NCBI GenBank assembly: GCA_964016885.1
Contig: CAXHJY010000964.1
Span: 62,001 to 126,000, forward strand
Reading direction: 5' to 3'
From: Eledone cirrhosa
Lineage: Eukaryota
DNA: 64,000 bases
Shown here piece after piece: positions 29,016 to 47,920 of the stretch. A program made the position numbers and the translations under genes. Every line of letters begins with the position of its first letter. Within the stretch, counting starts at the first letter, position 1. Below the pieces are notes generated by a model. It was not told where the DNA came from. It did no database searches and worked only from the letters and a program-made list of their open reading frames with translations.

Positions 29016-29048
<33 letters not shown>

Positions 29049-29489
29049 TATACATATGCATACAGGTACACATACATATATGCACGTATCAGTTTAGCGG
29101 CGCTAACGTCGCTTTGTTCGTTTGTAAACAAACTGAACAGCCTGAATTTATGCCATACGGTGTTAAGGCAACCACGTCACCTTTTTGTTCAACACTGACA
29201 CAGGAACGATGTACTAGTTTCAAGCTTGTTAGCTATCATCAGCACCGTTTACCCATCTGCCAGATAGTTGAACGTTCGAAAGTATATACTTTCCTTATGA
29301 AAATTAACGGCTGAGCAGCCTAATTTGCATATTGAGTGAGTTAAATCGGTTAGGCATACCGAAAACGATAAATTGAAACAAAATGAAAACGAAATTTCAT
29401 TTCTCACTCTTAGTATGGCACTTACTTAAATGTAAGTATGCATGTATACGTACATACATATATGTATACAGACGTACAGTAGCATGCAC

Positions 29490-29522
<33 letters not shown>

Positions 29523-29963
29523 TATACATATGCATACAGGTACACATACATATATGCACGTATCAGTTTAGCGGCGCTAACGTCGCTTTGTTCGTTTGTA
29601 AACAAACTGAACAGCCTGAATTTATGCCATACGGTGTTAAGGCAACCACGTCACCTTTTTGTTCAACACTGACACAGGAACGATGTACTAGTTTCAAGCT
29701 TGTTAGCTATCATCAGCACCGTTTACCCATCTGCCAGATAGTTGAACGTTCGAAAGTATATACTTTCCTTATGAAAATTAACGGCTGAGCAGCCTAATTT
29801 GCATATTGAGTGAGTTAAATCGGTTAGGCATACCGAAAACGATAAATTGAAACAAAATGAAAACGAAATTTCATTTCTCACTCTTAGTATGGCACTTACT
29901 TAAATGTAAGTATGCATGTATACGTACATACATATATGTATACAGACGTACAGTAGCATGCAC

Positions 29964-29996
<33 letters not shown>

Positions 29997-30437
29997 TATA
30001 CATATGCATACAGGTACACATACATATATGCACGTATCAGTTTAGCGGCGCTAACGTCGCTTTGTTCGTTTGTAAACAAACTGAACAGCCTGAATTTATG
30101 CCATACGGTGTTAAGGCAACCACGTCACCTTTTTGTTCAACACTGACACAGGAACGATGTACTAGTTTCAAGCTTGTTAGCTATCATCAGCACCGTTTAC
30201 CCATCTGCCAGATAGTTGAACGTTCGAAAGTATATACTTTCCTTATGAAAATTAACGGCTGAGCAGCCTAATTTGCATATTGAGTGAGTTAAATCGGTTA
30301 GGCATACCGAAAACGATAAATTGAAACAAAATGAAAACGAAATTTCATTTCTCACTCTTAGTATGGCACTTACTTAAATGTAAGTATGCATGTATACGTA
30401 CATACATATATGTATACAGACGTACAGTAGCATGCAC

Positions 30438-30470
<33 letters not shown>

Positions 30471-30911
30471 TATACATATGCATACAGGTACACATACATA
30501 TATGCACGTATCAGTTTAGCGGCGCTAACGTCGCTTTGTTCGTTTGTAAACAAACTGAACAGCCTGAATTTATGCCATACGGTGTTAAGGCAACCACGTC
30601 ACCTTTTTGTTCAACACTGACACAGGAACGATGTACTAGTTTCAAGCTTGTTAGCTATCATCAGCACCGTTTACCCATCTGCCAGATAGTTGAACGTTCG
30701 AAAGTATATACTTTCCTTATGAAAATTAACGGCTGAGCAGCCTAATTTGCATATTGAGTGAGTTAAATCGGTTAGGCATACCGAAAACGATAAATTGAAA
30801 CAAAATGAAAACGAAATTTCATTTCTCACTCTTAGTATGGCACTTACTTAAATGTAAGTATGCATGTATACGTACATACATATATGTATACAGACGTACA
30901 GTAGCATGCAC

Positions 30912-30944
<33 letters not shown>

Positions 30945-31385
30945 TATACATATGCATACAGGTACACATACATATATGCACGTATCAGTTTAGCGGCGCT
31001 AACGTCGCTTTGTTCGTTTGTAAACAAACTGAACAGCCTGAATTTATGCCATACGGTGTTAAGGCAACCACGTCACCTTTTTGTTCAACACTGACACAGG
31101 AACGATGTACTAGTTTCAAGCTTGTTAGCTATCATCAGCACCGTTTACCCATCTGCCAGATAGTTGAACGTTCGAAAGTATATACTTTCCTTATGAAAAT
31201 TAACGGCTGAGCAGCCTAATTTGCATATTGAGTGAGTTAAATCGGTTAGGCATACCGAAAACGATAAATTGAAACAAAATGAAAACGAAATTTCATTTCT
31301 CACTCTTAGTATGGCACTTACTTAAATGTAAGTATGCATGTATACGTACATACATATATGTATACAGACGTACAGTAGCATGCAC

Positions 31386-31418
<33 letters not shown>

Positions 31419-31859
31419 TATACATATGCATACAGGTACACATACATATATGCACGTATCAGTTTAGCGGCGCTAACGTCGCTTTGTTCGTTTGTAAACA
31501 AACTGAACAGCCTGAATTTATGCCATACGGTGTTAAGGCAACCACGTCACCTTTTTGTTCAACACTGACACAGGAACGATGTACTAGTTTCAAGCTTGTT
31601 AGCTATCATCAGCACCGTTTACCCATCTGCCAGATAGTTGAACGTTCGAAAGTATATACTTTCCTTATGAAAATTAACGGCTGAGCAGCCTAATTTGCAT
31701 ATTGAGTGAGTTAAATCGGTTAGGCATACCGAAAACGATAAATTGAAACAAAATGAAAACGAAATTTCATTTCTCACTCTTAGTATGGCACTTACTTAAA
31801 TGTAAGTATGCATGTATACGTACATACATATATGTATACAGACGTACAGTAGCATGCAC

Positions 31860-31892
<33 letters not shown>

Positions 31893-32333
31893 TATACATA
31901 TGCATACAGGTACACATACATATATGCACGTATCAGTTTAGCGGCGCTAACGTCGCTTTGTTCGTTTGTAAACAAACTGAACAGCCTGAATTTATGCCAT
32001 ACGGTGTTAAGGCAACCACGTCACCTTTTTGTTCAACACTGACACAGGAACGATGTACTAGTTTCAAGCTTGTTAGCTATCATCAGCACCGTTTACCCAT
32101 CTGCCAGATAGTTGAACGTTCGAAAGTATATACTTTCCTTATGAAAATTAACGGCTGAGCAGCCTAATTTGCATATTGAGTGAGTTAAATCGGTTAGGCA
32201 TACCGAAAACGATAAATTGAAACAAAATGAAAACGAAATTTCATTTCTCACTCTTAGTATGGCACTTACTTAAATGTAAGTATGCATGTATACGTACATA
32301 CATATATGTATACAGACGTACAGTAGCATGCAC

Positions 32334-32366
<33 letters not shown>

Positions 32367-32807
32367 TATACATATGCATACAGGTACACATACATATATG
32401 CACGTATCAGTTTAGCGGCGCTAACGTCGCTTTGTTCGTTTGTAAACAAACTGAACAGCCTGAATTTATGCCATACGGTGTTAAGGCAACCACGTCACCT
32501 TTTTGTTCAACACTGACACAGGAACGATGTACTAGTTTCAAGCTTGTTAGCTATCATCAGCACCGTTTACCCATCTGCCAGATAGTTGAACGTTCGAAAG
32601 TATATACTTTCCTTATGAAAATTAACGGCTGAGCAGCCTAATTTGCATATTGAGTGAGTTAAATCGGTTAGGCATACCGAAAACGATAAATTGAAACAAA
32701 ATGAAAACGAAATTTCATTTCTCACTCTTAGTATGGCACTTACTTAAATGTAAGTATGCATGTATACGTACATACATATATGTATACAGACGTACAGTAG
32801 CATGCAC

Positions 32808-32840
<33 letters not shown>

Positions 32841-33281
32841 TATACATATGCATACAGGTACACATACATATATGCACGTATCAGTTTAGCGGCGCTAACG
32901 TCGCTTTGTTCGTTTGTAAACAAACTGAACAGCCTGAATTTATGCCATACGGTGTTAAGGCAACCACGTCACCTTTTTGTTCAACACTGACACAGGAACG
33001 ATGTACTAGTTTCAAGCTTGTTAGCTATCATCAGCACCGTTTACCCATCTGCCAGATAGTTGAACGTTCGAAAGTATATACTTTCCTTATGAAAATTAAC
33101 GGCTGAGCAGCCTAATTTGCATATTGAGTGAGTTAAATCGGTTAGGCATACCGAAAACGATAAATTGAAACAAAATGAAAACGAAATTTCATTTCTCACT
33201 CTTAGTATGGCACTTACTTAAATGTAAGTATGCATGTATACGTACATACATATATGTATACAGACGTACAGTAGCATGCAC

Positions 33282-33314
<33 letters not shown>

Positions 33315-33595
33315 TATACATATGCATACAGGTACACATACATATATGCACGTATCAGTTTAGCGGCGCTAACGTCGCTTTGTTCGTTTGTAAACAAACT
33401 GAACAGCCTGAATTTATGCCATACGGTGTTAAGGCAACCACGTCACCTTTTTGTTCAACACTGACACAGGAACGATGTACTAGTTTCAAGCTTGTTAGCT
33501 ATCATCAGCACCGTTTACCCATCTGCCAGATAGTTGAACGTTCGAAAGTATATACTTTCCTTATGAAAATTAACGGCTGAGCAGCCTAATTTGCA
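24604..33595 (-). mobile_element. Tandem array of ~19 x 474(-482)-bp hammerhead-containing monomers (retrozyme-like)
   Basis: Period of 474 bp confirmed by recurring ORF starts (24619 to 33175, 19 copies); copies near-identical; one type I hammerhead per unit on the minus strand. Confidence 0.92.
24923..24967 (-). ncRNA. Type I minimal hammerhead ribozyme (first of 19 copies in the array)
   Basis: Sense: aacggtg CTGATGA t agct aaca agct t GAAA ctag TA^catcgtt. Stem I aacggtg/catcgtt, stem II agct/agct, palindromic stem III, GUA cleavage triplet. Confidence 0.88.
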
Positions 33596-33753
33596 GTGTT
33601 GTGTCAGTGTTGAACAAAAAGGTGACGTGGTTGCCTTAACACCGTATGGCATAAATTCAGGCTGTTCAGTTTGTTTACAAACGAACAAAGCGACGTTAGC
33701 GCCGCTAAACTGATACGTGCATATATGTATGTGTACCTGTATGCATATGTATA

Positions 33754-33784
<31 letters not shown>

Positions 33785-34227
33785 GTGTGCATGCTACTGT
33801 ACGTCTGTATACATATATGTATGTACGTATACATGCATACTTACATTTAAGTAAGTGCCATACTAAGAGTGAGAAATGAAATTTCGTTTTCATTTTGTTT
33901 CAATTTATCGTTTTCGGTATGCCTAACCGATTTAACTCACTCAATATGCAAATTAGGCTGCTCAGCCGTTAATTTTCATAAGGAAAGTATATACTTTCGA
34001 ACGTTCAACTATCTGGCAGATGGGTAAACGGTGCTGATGATAGCTAACAAGCTTGAAACTAGTACATCGTTCCTGTGTCAGTGTTGAACAAAAAGGTGAC
34101 GTGGTTGCCTTAACACCGTATGGCATAAATTCAGGCTGTTCAGTTTGTTTACAAACGAACAAAGCGACGTTAGCGCCGCTAAACTGATACGTGCATATAT
34201 GTATGTGTACCTGTATGCATATGTATA

Positions 34228-34260
<33 letters not shown>

Positions 34261-34317
34261 GTGCATGCTACTGTACGTCTGTATACATATATGTATGTAC
34301 GTATACATGCATACTTA
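33596..34317 (+). mobile_element. Inverted ~1.5 copies of the 474-bp monomer
   Basis: Reverse complement of the array unit; the hammerhead reads directly on the + strand at 34027-34071. Confidence 0.95.
34027..34071 (+). ncRNA. Type I hammerhead ribozyme in the inverted segment
   Basis: CTGATGA 34034-34040, GAAA 34055-34058, predicted cleavage between 34064 and 34065. Confidence 0.88.
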
Positions 34318-36524
<2,207 letters not shown>

Positions 36525-38113
36525 TATTGTTATACTTTGGGAGGGTAATGTTGCCAATAAGAAATACACTAGAGAACAGTCAGGAACTAGAGAAAAACAC
36601 AATGGAAAGCATCCAGCAAATAGCAAACTCCATCCACCAGAGCATTAGAGTTACTATAGACTACCCAAGTAAACACCCCAACCATCGATTACCTTTACTA
36701 AACACAGAGCTCTGGTTAGATACCATTAACAACAAAAAACAAACCTCCATTCCCATTATGCCAAACCCATGACTTCCAAACATCTGATCCACCGAAACTC
36801 GGACATTTCGGACCATACCAAAATCAACATACCGATTGTGGATTTGGTACGGGTGATGAGAAATGTGTCCCGCATGTGCAACCCCGAAGAACTAGAGAGA
36901 CACATACAACACTTCATCCACCGTATGCAGTTCTCTGGCTACAATCAGAGATATAGAATCAGAGTGTATAGAGGCGCCAGAACCAAATGGGAAAAAATGG
37001 TAAATAATGACATAAATGGGACGTGCACCTTGTATAGGAGCAAATTTTGGAATAGAATAGAAAGAACTAGGAACAAGGCTAATATAATAAACTCATGGTA
37101 TGATAGCAATAAATACCAGAGTGTAATGTTCATCGATACAACCCCTAGAGGCGAACTAGCTTACAAATTTAGAAGGGCCCTAAATAAACATAAACTCAAT
37201 ATTAAGATAGTAGAAAGACCAGGTACCTCTGTAAAAACACTTATTAGCAATACATTCCTTTTTCAAAGACCCTCATGTATAGATAAGAAATGTATAACCT
37301 GTAAAATAAGCCCCCATTTTAACTGTAAAACTAGAAATGTAGTGTATAGCATAAGATGTACTAAAGGACAATGTAGAGACAAAAATATAGTGTACATAGG
37401 TGAGACAGCTCGTAGTGTAGGGGAACGGATAAATGAACACTGGCGAGACCTTCAAGATAATAAAGAATCATCTGTACTCTACCAACATGCTAAGATAGAA
37501 CACAAGGGTAAATTAGAGAACATAGAAATAAAAATAGAATCTACACACAGAAAAGACGCAATGTTTAGACAAATTACAGAGGCAATAAACATAAAAGAAC
37601 TACAACCAAAATTAAATAGAAAACATGAGCAGAACAGCTATATCACAACTTACAATTAAGGACAAAATGAAAACACACACACACATAGAACAAACAACCA
37701 ACCAGTAATATGTAAATAAATAAATAGATAAATGAACATAAACACACACAGACACCCGGATGTGGCGCATGCGCAAACAGAGCACACAACACACACACAG
37801 AAACAAAATGGCGTAGGACAGAACAAAGGAGAGGCACAGAAACAAAGAAAGGAATCCCCAGTCACTGAAGAGGTCACAGAGTGTGTGACGAAAGAACTAT
37901 GACTATATATAAACAACTATCTGGTTGTAGAACCAACCAACCAACCAGAAATTTATAAATTTGTAAATTTATAAATATATAATAAATTGAAGTGAAAGCA
38001 ACTGGTGCGTGTGTTTCTTATTGGCAACATGACCCTCCCAAGGTATAACAATATCGGTTTCAACACACGATTTCAGACAAAGAATCTTGCTAAACAAATT
38101 CAGAAACGAAATA
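36525..38113 (+). mobile_element. 5'-truncated, diverged Penelope-like element copy with a short inverted terminal piece (36525-36569)
   Basis: Homologous to 58803-60395; frameshift near 36745; GIY-YIG region NVVYSIRC...YIGETARS; hammerhead-like motif at 37860-37904. Confidence 0.93.
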
Positions 38114-40210
<2,097 letters not shown>

Positions 40211-40244
40211 ATCACTCAGTCAAACAACCAGATTTCAACCCCAA

Positions 40245-40443
40245 CATCTACAACAACAACAACACCGGCACTAATGTTTACAGCAACAACAGCTTCAGAA
40301 TGAACTGAAATGAACATTTACAACAATTACAACAACAACAACAGCGGCATCAAAACATAAAAAAAGGAAGGGAAAAGAAAAAAGAAAAGGGGAGGGGAAA
40401 AAAAAAAAAAAAAAAAGAAAGGAAAAAAAAAACTCAAAATAAC

Positions 40444-40538
<95 letters not shown>

Positions 40539-40605
40539 CAGAACAACAACATCAACTGCCACCACCACCACCACCGCCACCGCCGTCGCCATCACCATCA
40601 CCAGC
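40245..40605. repeat. Mixed simple repeats: (CAA)n, poly-A, (CA)n, (CCA)n
   Basis: Read directly from the sequence. Confidence 0.9.
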
Positions 40606-41006
40606 GACCTGGCCTTAAGAACAACTTTAATAATAATTTTTCTGCTTTTGGCACGGATCCGGCGACTGGCCAGCGCATCACTGGTACTCTCTTTTGTTGA
40701 CTCCGTGGAGAGCCATAACTCTATGCTGTAAAGCAATTATAGTAATACTGGACTGTAATACGATCGGCTTCAACTATACAAACTCTTGAAAGTCAACAGT
40801 TGACATAATCTGGTAATCTTGTATCAGTAATGACGGTAATATATATATATATATGTGTGTGTGTGCGTGTAAGTGAGTAGAGTAGCGTGTGTGTGTGTTT
40901 GTTGTATGTATGAGTGTTGCTGTGTGCACGCATATGTATGCGTGTGTGTGTATGTCGTACGTATAAGTGTCAATAAGTAATTTTTTTTTTTTTTTTTTTT
41001 TTTTTT

Positions 41007-41309
41007 GCGCGGGGACATAGAAATAATCGGGCTGGATGCCCGATCGAGCAGTTAAACCACTGGGAGTGAAGAACCCCTAGCCCATGTCAGGGTATTCTTC
41101 TAGGAGAAGGCATCTCAGGAAACTGGGTTAACTCCGATATAAAACCTGCGGCTCAGTAGTTACCGATGATGTTGATCTTTTCTTCTTTTCGGGTTATAGC
41201 TACTGTCGCTCAGAGAGTGGGATTGGTTCAGTGCACAGTCTTTCCTCACTTTAAAAATATTCGTCACGCACAGGCATTGCACGAGTGCATTAATAATTAT
41301 TAATAGTGT

Positions 41310-41344
<35 letters not shown>

Positions 41345-44300
41345 TATTATTACTTTTTTTTTTTTTTTTTTTCCCAATTCAATGATGTTCCAGAACAATG
41401 TAAACGAGATAATTGCCAATTTGGGTTCTGGAACAAAAAAGATCATTGGCAATAAGGGCAGGGGCCCCAAGTTATCACAACCTGGGCCCGCCCGTCATCG
41501 TGCCATTGTAATAGAGCCAAACAGGGCATTTAGTCTTGGCTGCTGGAACGTACGGACGCTGCTTGACAGGGATTCTTTGGAGCGTCCTGAACGAAGGACC
41601 GCTCTTGTTGCAAAGGAGCTTCGACGTTACGATCTTGACATCGTGGCTTTGTCTGAGACGAGGTTAGCTGGAGATGGTCATCTTACGGAATTTTGTGGAG
41701 AATATACATTCTTCTGGAAAGGAAGAGATGAAGGAACCAGAAGAGAGGCTGGGGTAGGATTTGCTGTTAAGACTGTACTGGTGAATAAATTAGAAGAATT
41801 CCCAGTGGGGATTAGTGAGCGTCTTATGTCCATGAGAGTTCCGCTGGACAAGGGAAGATATGCTACCCTGGTGAGTGTGTATGCTCCAACTATGAATTCT
41901 GTCGATGAAGAAAAACTGTCCTTTTACCATGCCTTGAAAGGTGTTTTAAGAAATATCCCTCAGGCAGACAAAGTCATCGTGCTTGGTGACTTTAATGCTA
42001 GAGTGGGTAGGGATTTTAACACATGGAATGTAATCGGAAGGCATGGGGTGGGAAAGTGTAACAGCAATGGTATGCTCTTGCTGCAGATGTGTGAGGAGCT
42101 GGATCTGTGTGTTACCAACACCATGTTCCAACAAAAGAACAAATTCAAGACCACATGGATGCATCCTGCATCTAAGGAATGGCATCTTTTGGACTACGTC
42201 CTAGTCAGGATGCGTGACAGACAGGATGTGCAGTGTGTTCGTGTTCTTCGTGGAGCTGAGTGCTGGACGGACCACCGCCTGGTACGCGCAAAAGTGAATC
42301 TAATCACCAAACGTAAAATCCGGGCTCCTGGTGTTACCCTGCCCAAAAGATTGAATGCTGCTCGTCTTAAGGATAAAAATGTGAAGAGGACATTGGAAGA
42401 AGAGATGCAGGCTGCAGATCTTGGTGAGGATTGGCCGACCCTTAAAAAGTCGGTTTATGATGTAGGCAGACGTGTTCTGGGATTGGTGCAGAGAAAACAT
42501 CAGGACTGGTTTAATGAGAAAGATGTGCATATAGATGACTTGTTGGCTGATAAGAGGCGCGCTCTGTCACGCTACTTGACGGCAAAACCACAGGAGAGGA
42601 ATACGTTGCATGAGGAGCTCAGAGATGTAAAATCACGTGTTAGGCGGAGTCTTTCTCAGATGAAGGATCAGTGGTGGAGTGAGAAGGCTGGTGAGATACA
42701 AACTGCGTCTGATTGCAATAACACAAAGCTGTTGTACAGTCTCTTGCGTGAGGTTTATGGACCGTCTTCTTCTCTGGTGACACCGATTCGCAGCAAGGAT
42801 GGCAAAGAACTTCTTCGTGACTCACAGGGAATTCTACGAAGGTGGCGAGAGCACTTTGATGATCTTTTGAATCAGCCGTCTGTCGTCAGTGAAGATTTCC
42901 TCAATCTCATTCCGGAAAGTCCTGTGAAAGTAGCTCTCGCAGAACCTCCGACACTTGTGGAGGTTGCAGTGGCTATTTCGAAGCTGAACAGTGGAAGATC
43001 TCCAGGTATGGATGGCATACATGCTGAGCTCCTACAATATGGTGGTGAGAGACTCCTGCAACATCTTCACTCTCTGTTTGGAAGGATATGGGCTAATGAA
43101 TCCGTGCCTGAGGACTGGAGAGATGCAGTAATGGTGGTCTTGTACAAGGGAAAGGGTAACAGGAATGATTGTGGGAACTACAGAGGTATATCATTGCTTT
43201 CTGTCGTGGGGAAAGTTTTATGTAGGGTGCTTCTGGACCGTCTGCTGACACACATTGCAGATTGTGTCCTTCCTGAAAGTCAATCTGGTTTTCGTGTTGG
43301 ACGCGGCACTACTGATATGATCTTCTCAGCTAGACAGCTCCAGGAGAAGTGCATTGAACAGGGCTTGGATCTGTATCAGGTTTTTGTCGATCTGACAAAG
43401 GCTTTCGATACTGTCAACAGAGATGCATTATGGAAGGTTCTCCAGAAACTTGGTTGCCCTGATAAGTTCCTTGCTTTAGTTAGGTCTTTCCATGACGACA
43501 TGAAGGCTTGGGTTAATGTCGGAGGTAACATGTCGGAGCCTATCTCAGTAAAAAATGGAGTAAAACAGGGGGATATTCCAGCACCGACCCTGTTTGCCAT
43601 ATACTTTGCAATGGTTTTCTGTATTGCATTCAGGAATTGCGAGCATGGTGTTTACATCCGATATCGAACCTCAGGCAGCATATTTAACATCAGGCGCTTT
43701 GCTGCGAAGACAAAAGTATTTACATCAGTCATAAGAGACCTCTTGTATGCAGATGATTGCGATCTTGTAGCGCACACAGAGAGTGATATGCAGCACATTT
43801 TGAATGTATTTTCTGACGCTTGCACTGCCCTGGGTTTGACTGTCAGTCTCAAGAAAACCGTCGTCATGTACCAACCTGCACCTGGTAGGCAGTACACTGA
43901 ACCAAACATCTATGTGTATGGCAAACGACTTGGAGTGGTTGATCAGTTTGTCTACCTGGGAAGCACTGTCAATCAATACGGCAACCTTGACAGTGAAATC
44001 TCACTTAGGATTAGGAAAGCAAGTGATGCTTTCGGAAAGCTAGAAAGGCGACTCTGGGGTCGGCGAGACATATGCAGGAGGACAAAGGTAAGGGTGTACA
44101 GGGCATGTGTACTCTCTTGTCTTCTTTATGCCTGCGAGACCTGGGTCACATATCGACGCCACCTTAAGCAATTGGAGCGTTTCCATCAGATGTGTCTCAG
44201 ACGGATACATGGCGTTCGCTGGAGGGACCACATCAGTGATGTCGAGATTTTGGAAAGCTCTGTGTGTGACAGTATAGAAGCTCTTGTGCTTAAGCAGCGA

Positions 44301-44935
44301 CTCCGTTGGAGTGGTCACCTTGCCAGGATGAAGGATTCTAGAATACCAAAACAACTCTTCTATGGAGAGTTGGTTAAAGGAAAACGACCGCCACATAAAC
44401 CAAAAAAGAGGTATAAGGATTCCTTGAAAGCCTCTCTGAAAGACGCTAACATCTCTGCTGATACATGGGAAAATATTGCTGCTGATCGTAATAAATGGAG
44501 AAAGACTGTATATGAGGGAAAAGTTGCCTTTGAGGCATCTCGAATCGCACACGAGAAAGTAAAGCGGGACGTGAGGAAGGGTATTGCTGTTGCACTTCCA
44601 GACGGCGAGGGTCCTCCTATGTTTCTGACATGCAGCGTCTGTGCGAGACTCTGCCTAAGCAAAGCTGGACTCGAAAGTCATCTTCGCAGTCATAAAGTAA
44701 GACCAGTGGTTGACTACCAGGCTGCTGTTGGAGATGCTACTCATCATGCTTGCCAAACATGTGGTAGAGAATGTAAATCAGCAGGAGGACTCAAGCGACA
44801 TGCAAAAGTACACGAACTCCAACCACAGCCGACTATTCCCAGTAAATGTTTTGGTTGCCGACTCTGTGCAAGACATTTTAGATCATTGGCTGGGCTAAAA
44901 AGCCACATTCGATCGCAGCACTGTTAGTTGCTATC

Positions 44936-44973
<38 letters not shown>

Positions 44974-45052
44974 GCTTATGTGCGTGCGTGTGTGTGTATA
45001 TATATATGAATATGTATATTATTATTGTTGTTGTCGTTATTATTATTATTGC

Positions 45053-45095
<43 letters not shown>

Positions 45096-45217
45096 GTTAT
45101 TAATGTATGTGTGTATATATGTGTGAGTGTATGTGTATGTATGTGTGTGTGTATATATGTATGTATATGTATGTATGTGTGTGTGTATATATATGTGTAT
45201 ATATATATATATGTATA

Positions 45218-45250
<33 letters not shown>

Positions 45251-45260
45251 CTTTTCCTTT

Positions 45261-45324
<64 letters not shown>

Positions 45325-45344
45325 TTTTTTTTTTTTTTTATTAT

Positions 45345-45378
<34 letters not shown>

Positions 45379-45420
45379 TGTGCAATGGCCATACTCGATA
45401 ACGAGGGGGCAGCCATCATG
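41007..45420 (+). mobile_element. Full-length RTE-clade (BovB-like) LINE
   Basis: Single ORF; 5' UTR containing ctaggagaagg...aactccgatataaaacc; probable terminal motif ctcgataacgagggggcagccatc at ~45394-45418 before the (TA)n tract. Boundaries approximate. Confidence 0.8.
41382..44927 (+). CDS. RTE polyprotein: AP endonuclease, reverse transcriptase, three C2H2 zinc fingers (1181 aa, intact)
   Basis: WNVRTL, LSETRL, VYAPT, GDFNARVG, WTDH; SPGMDGI, NYRGISLLS, FVDLTKAFDTV, GVKQG, LLYADD; CSVC..H..H, CQTC..H..H, CRLC..H..H. Confidence 0.97.
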   Translation: MMFQNNVNEIIANLGSGTKKIIGNKGRGPKLSQPGPARHRAIVIEPNRAFSLGCWNVRTLLDRDSLERPERRTALVAKELRRYDLDIVALSETRLAGDGHLTEFCGEYTFFWKGRDEGTRREAGVGFAVKTVLVNKLEEFPVGISERLMSMRVPLDKGRYATLVSVYAPTMNSVDEEKLSFYHALKGVLRNIPQADKVIVLGDFNARVGRDFNTWNVIGRHGVGKCNSNGMLLLQMCEELDLCVTNTMFQQKNKFKTTWMHPASKEWHLLDYVLVRMRDRQDVQCVRVLRGAECWTDHRLVRAKVNLITKRKIRAPGVTLPKRLNAARLKDKNVKRTLEEEMQAADLGEDWPTLKKSVYDVGRRVLGLVQRKHQDWFNEKDVHIDDLLADKRRALSRYLTAKPQERNTLHEELRDVKSRVRRSLSQMKDQWWSEKAGEIQTASDCNNTKLLYSLLREVYGPSSSLVTPIRSKDGKELLRDSQGILRRWREHFDDLLNQPSVVSEDFLNLIPESPVKVALAEPPTLVEVAVAISKLNSGRSPGMDGIHAELLQYGGERLLQHLHSLFGRIWANESVPEDWRDAVMVVLYKGKGNRNDCGNYRGISLLSVVGKVLCRVLLDRLLTHIADCVLPESQSGFRVGRGTTDMIFSARQLQEKCIEQGLDLYQVFVDLTKAFDTVNRDALWKVLQKLGCPDKFLALVRSFHDDMKAWVNVGGNMSEPISVKNGVKQGDIPAPTLFAIYFAMVFCIAFRNCEHGVYIRYRTSGSIFNIRRFAAKTKVFTSVIRDLLYADDCDLVAHTESDMQHILNVFSDACTALGLTVSLKKTVVMYQPAPGRQYTEPNIYVYGKRLGVVDQFVYLGSTVNQYGNLDSEISLRIRKASDAFGKLERRLWGRRDICRRTKVRVYRACVLSCLLYACETWVTYRRHLKQLERFHQMCLRRIHGVRWRDHISDVEILESSVCDSIEALVLKQRLRWSGHLARMKDSRIPKQLFYGELVKGKRPPHKPKKRYKDSLKASLKDANISADTWENIAADRNKWRKTVYEGKVAFEASRIAHEKVKRDVRKGIAVALPDGEGPPMFLTCSVCARLCLSKAGLESHLRSHKVRPVVDYQAAVGDATHHACQTCGRECKSAGGLKRHAKVHELQPQPTIPSKCFGCRLCARHFRSLAGLKSHIRSQHC

Positions 45421-47920
<2,500 letters not shown>

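Noticed and set aside
24619-33580. Repeated 62-137 aa ORFs in the 474-bp unit as a tandem gene cluster
   Set aside because: No recognisable domain; the frames cross a length-variable (TA)n that shifts them between copies.
41007-41260. HDV-like ribozyme at the RTE 5' end
   Set aside because: Such ribozymes are known in some RTEs and hairpins are present (atcgggc/gcccgat), but I could not assemble the nested double pseudoknot by eye.
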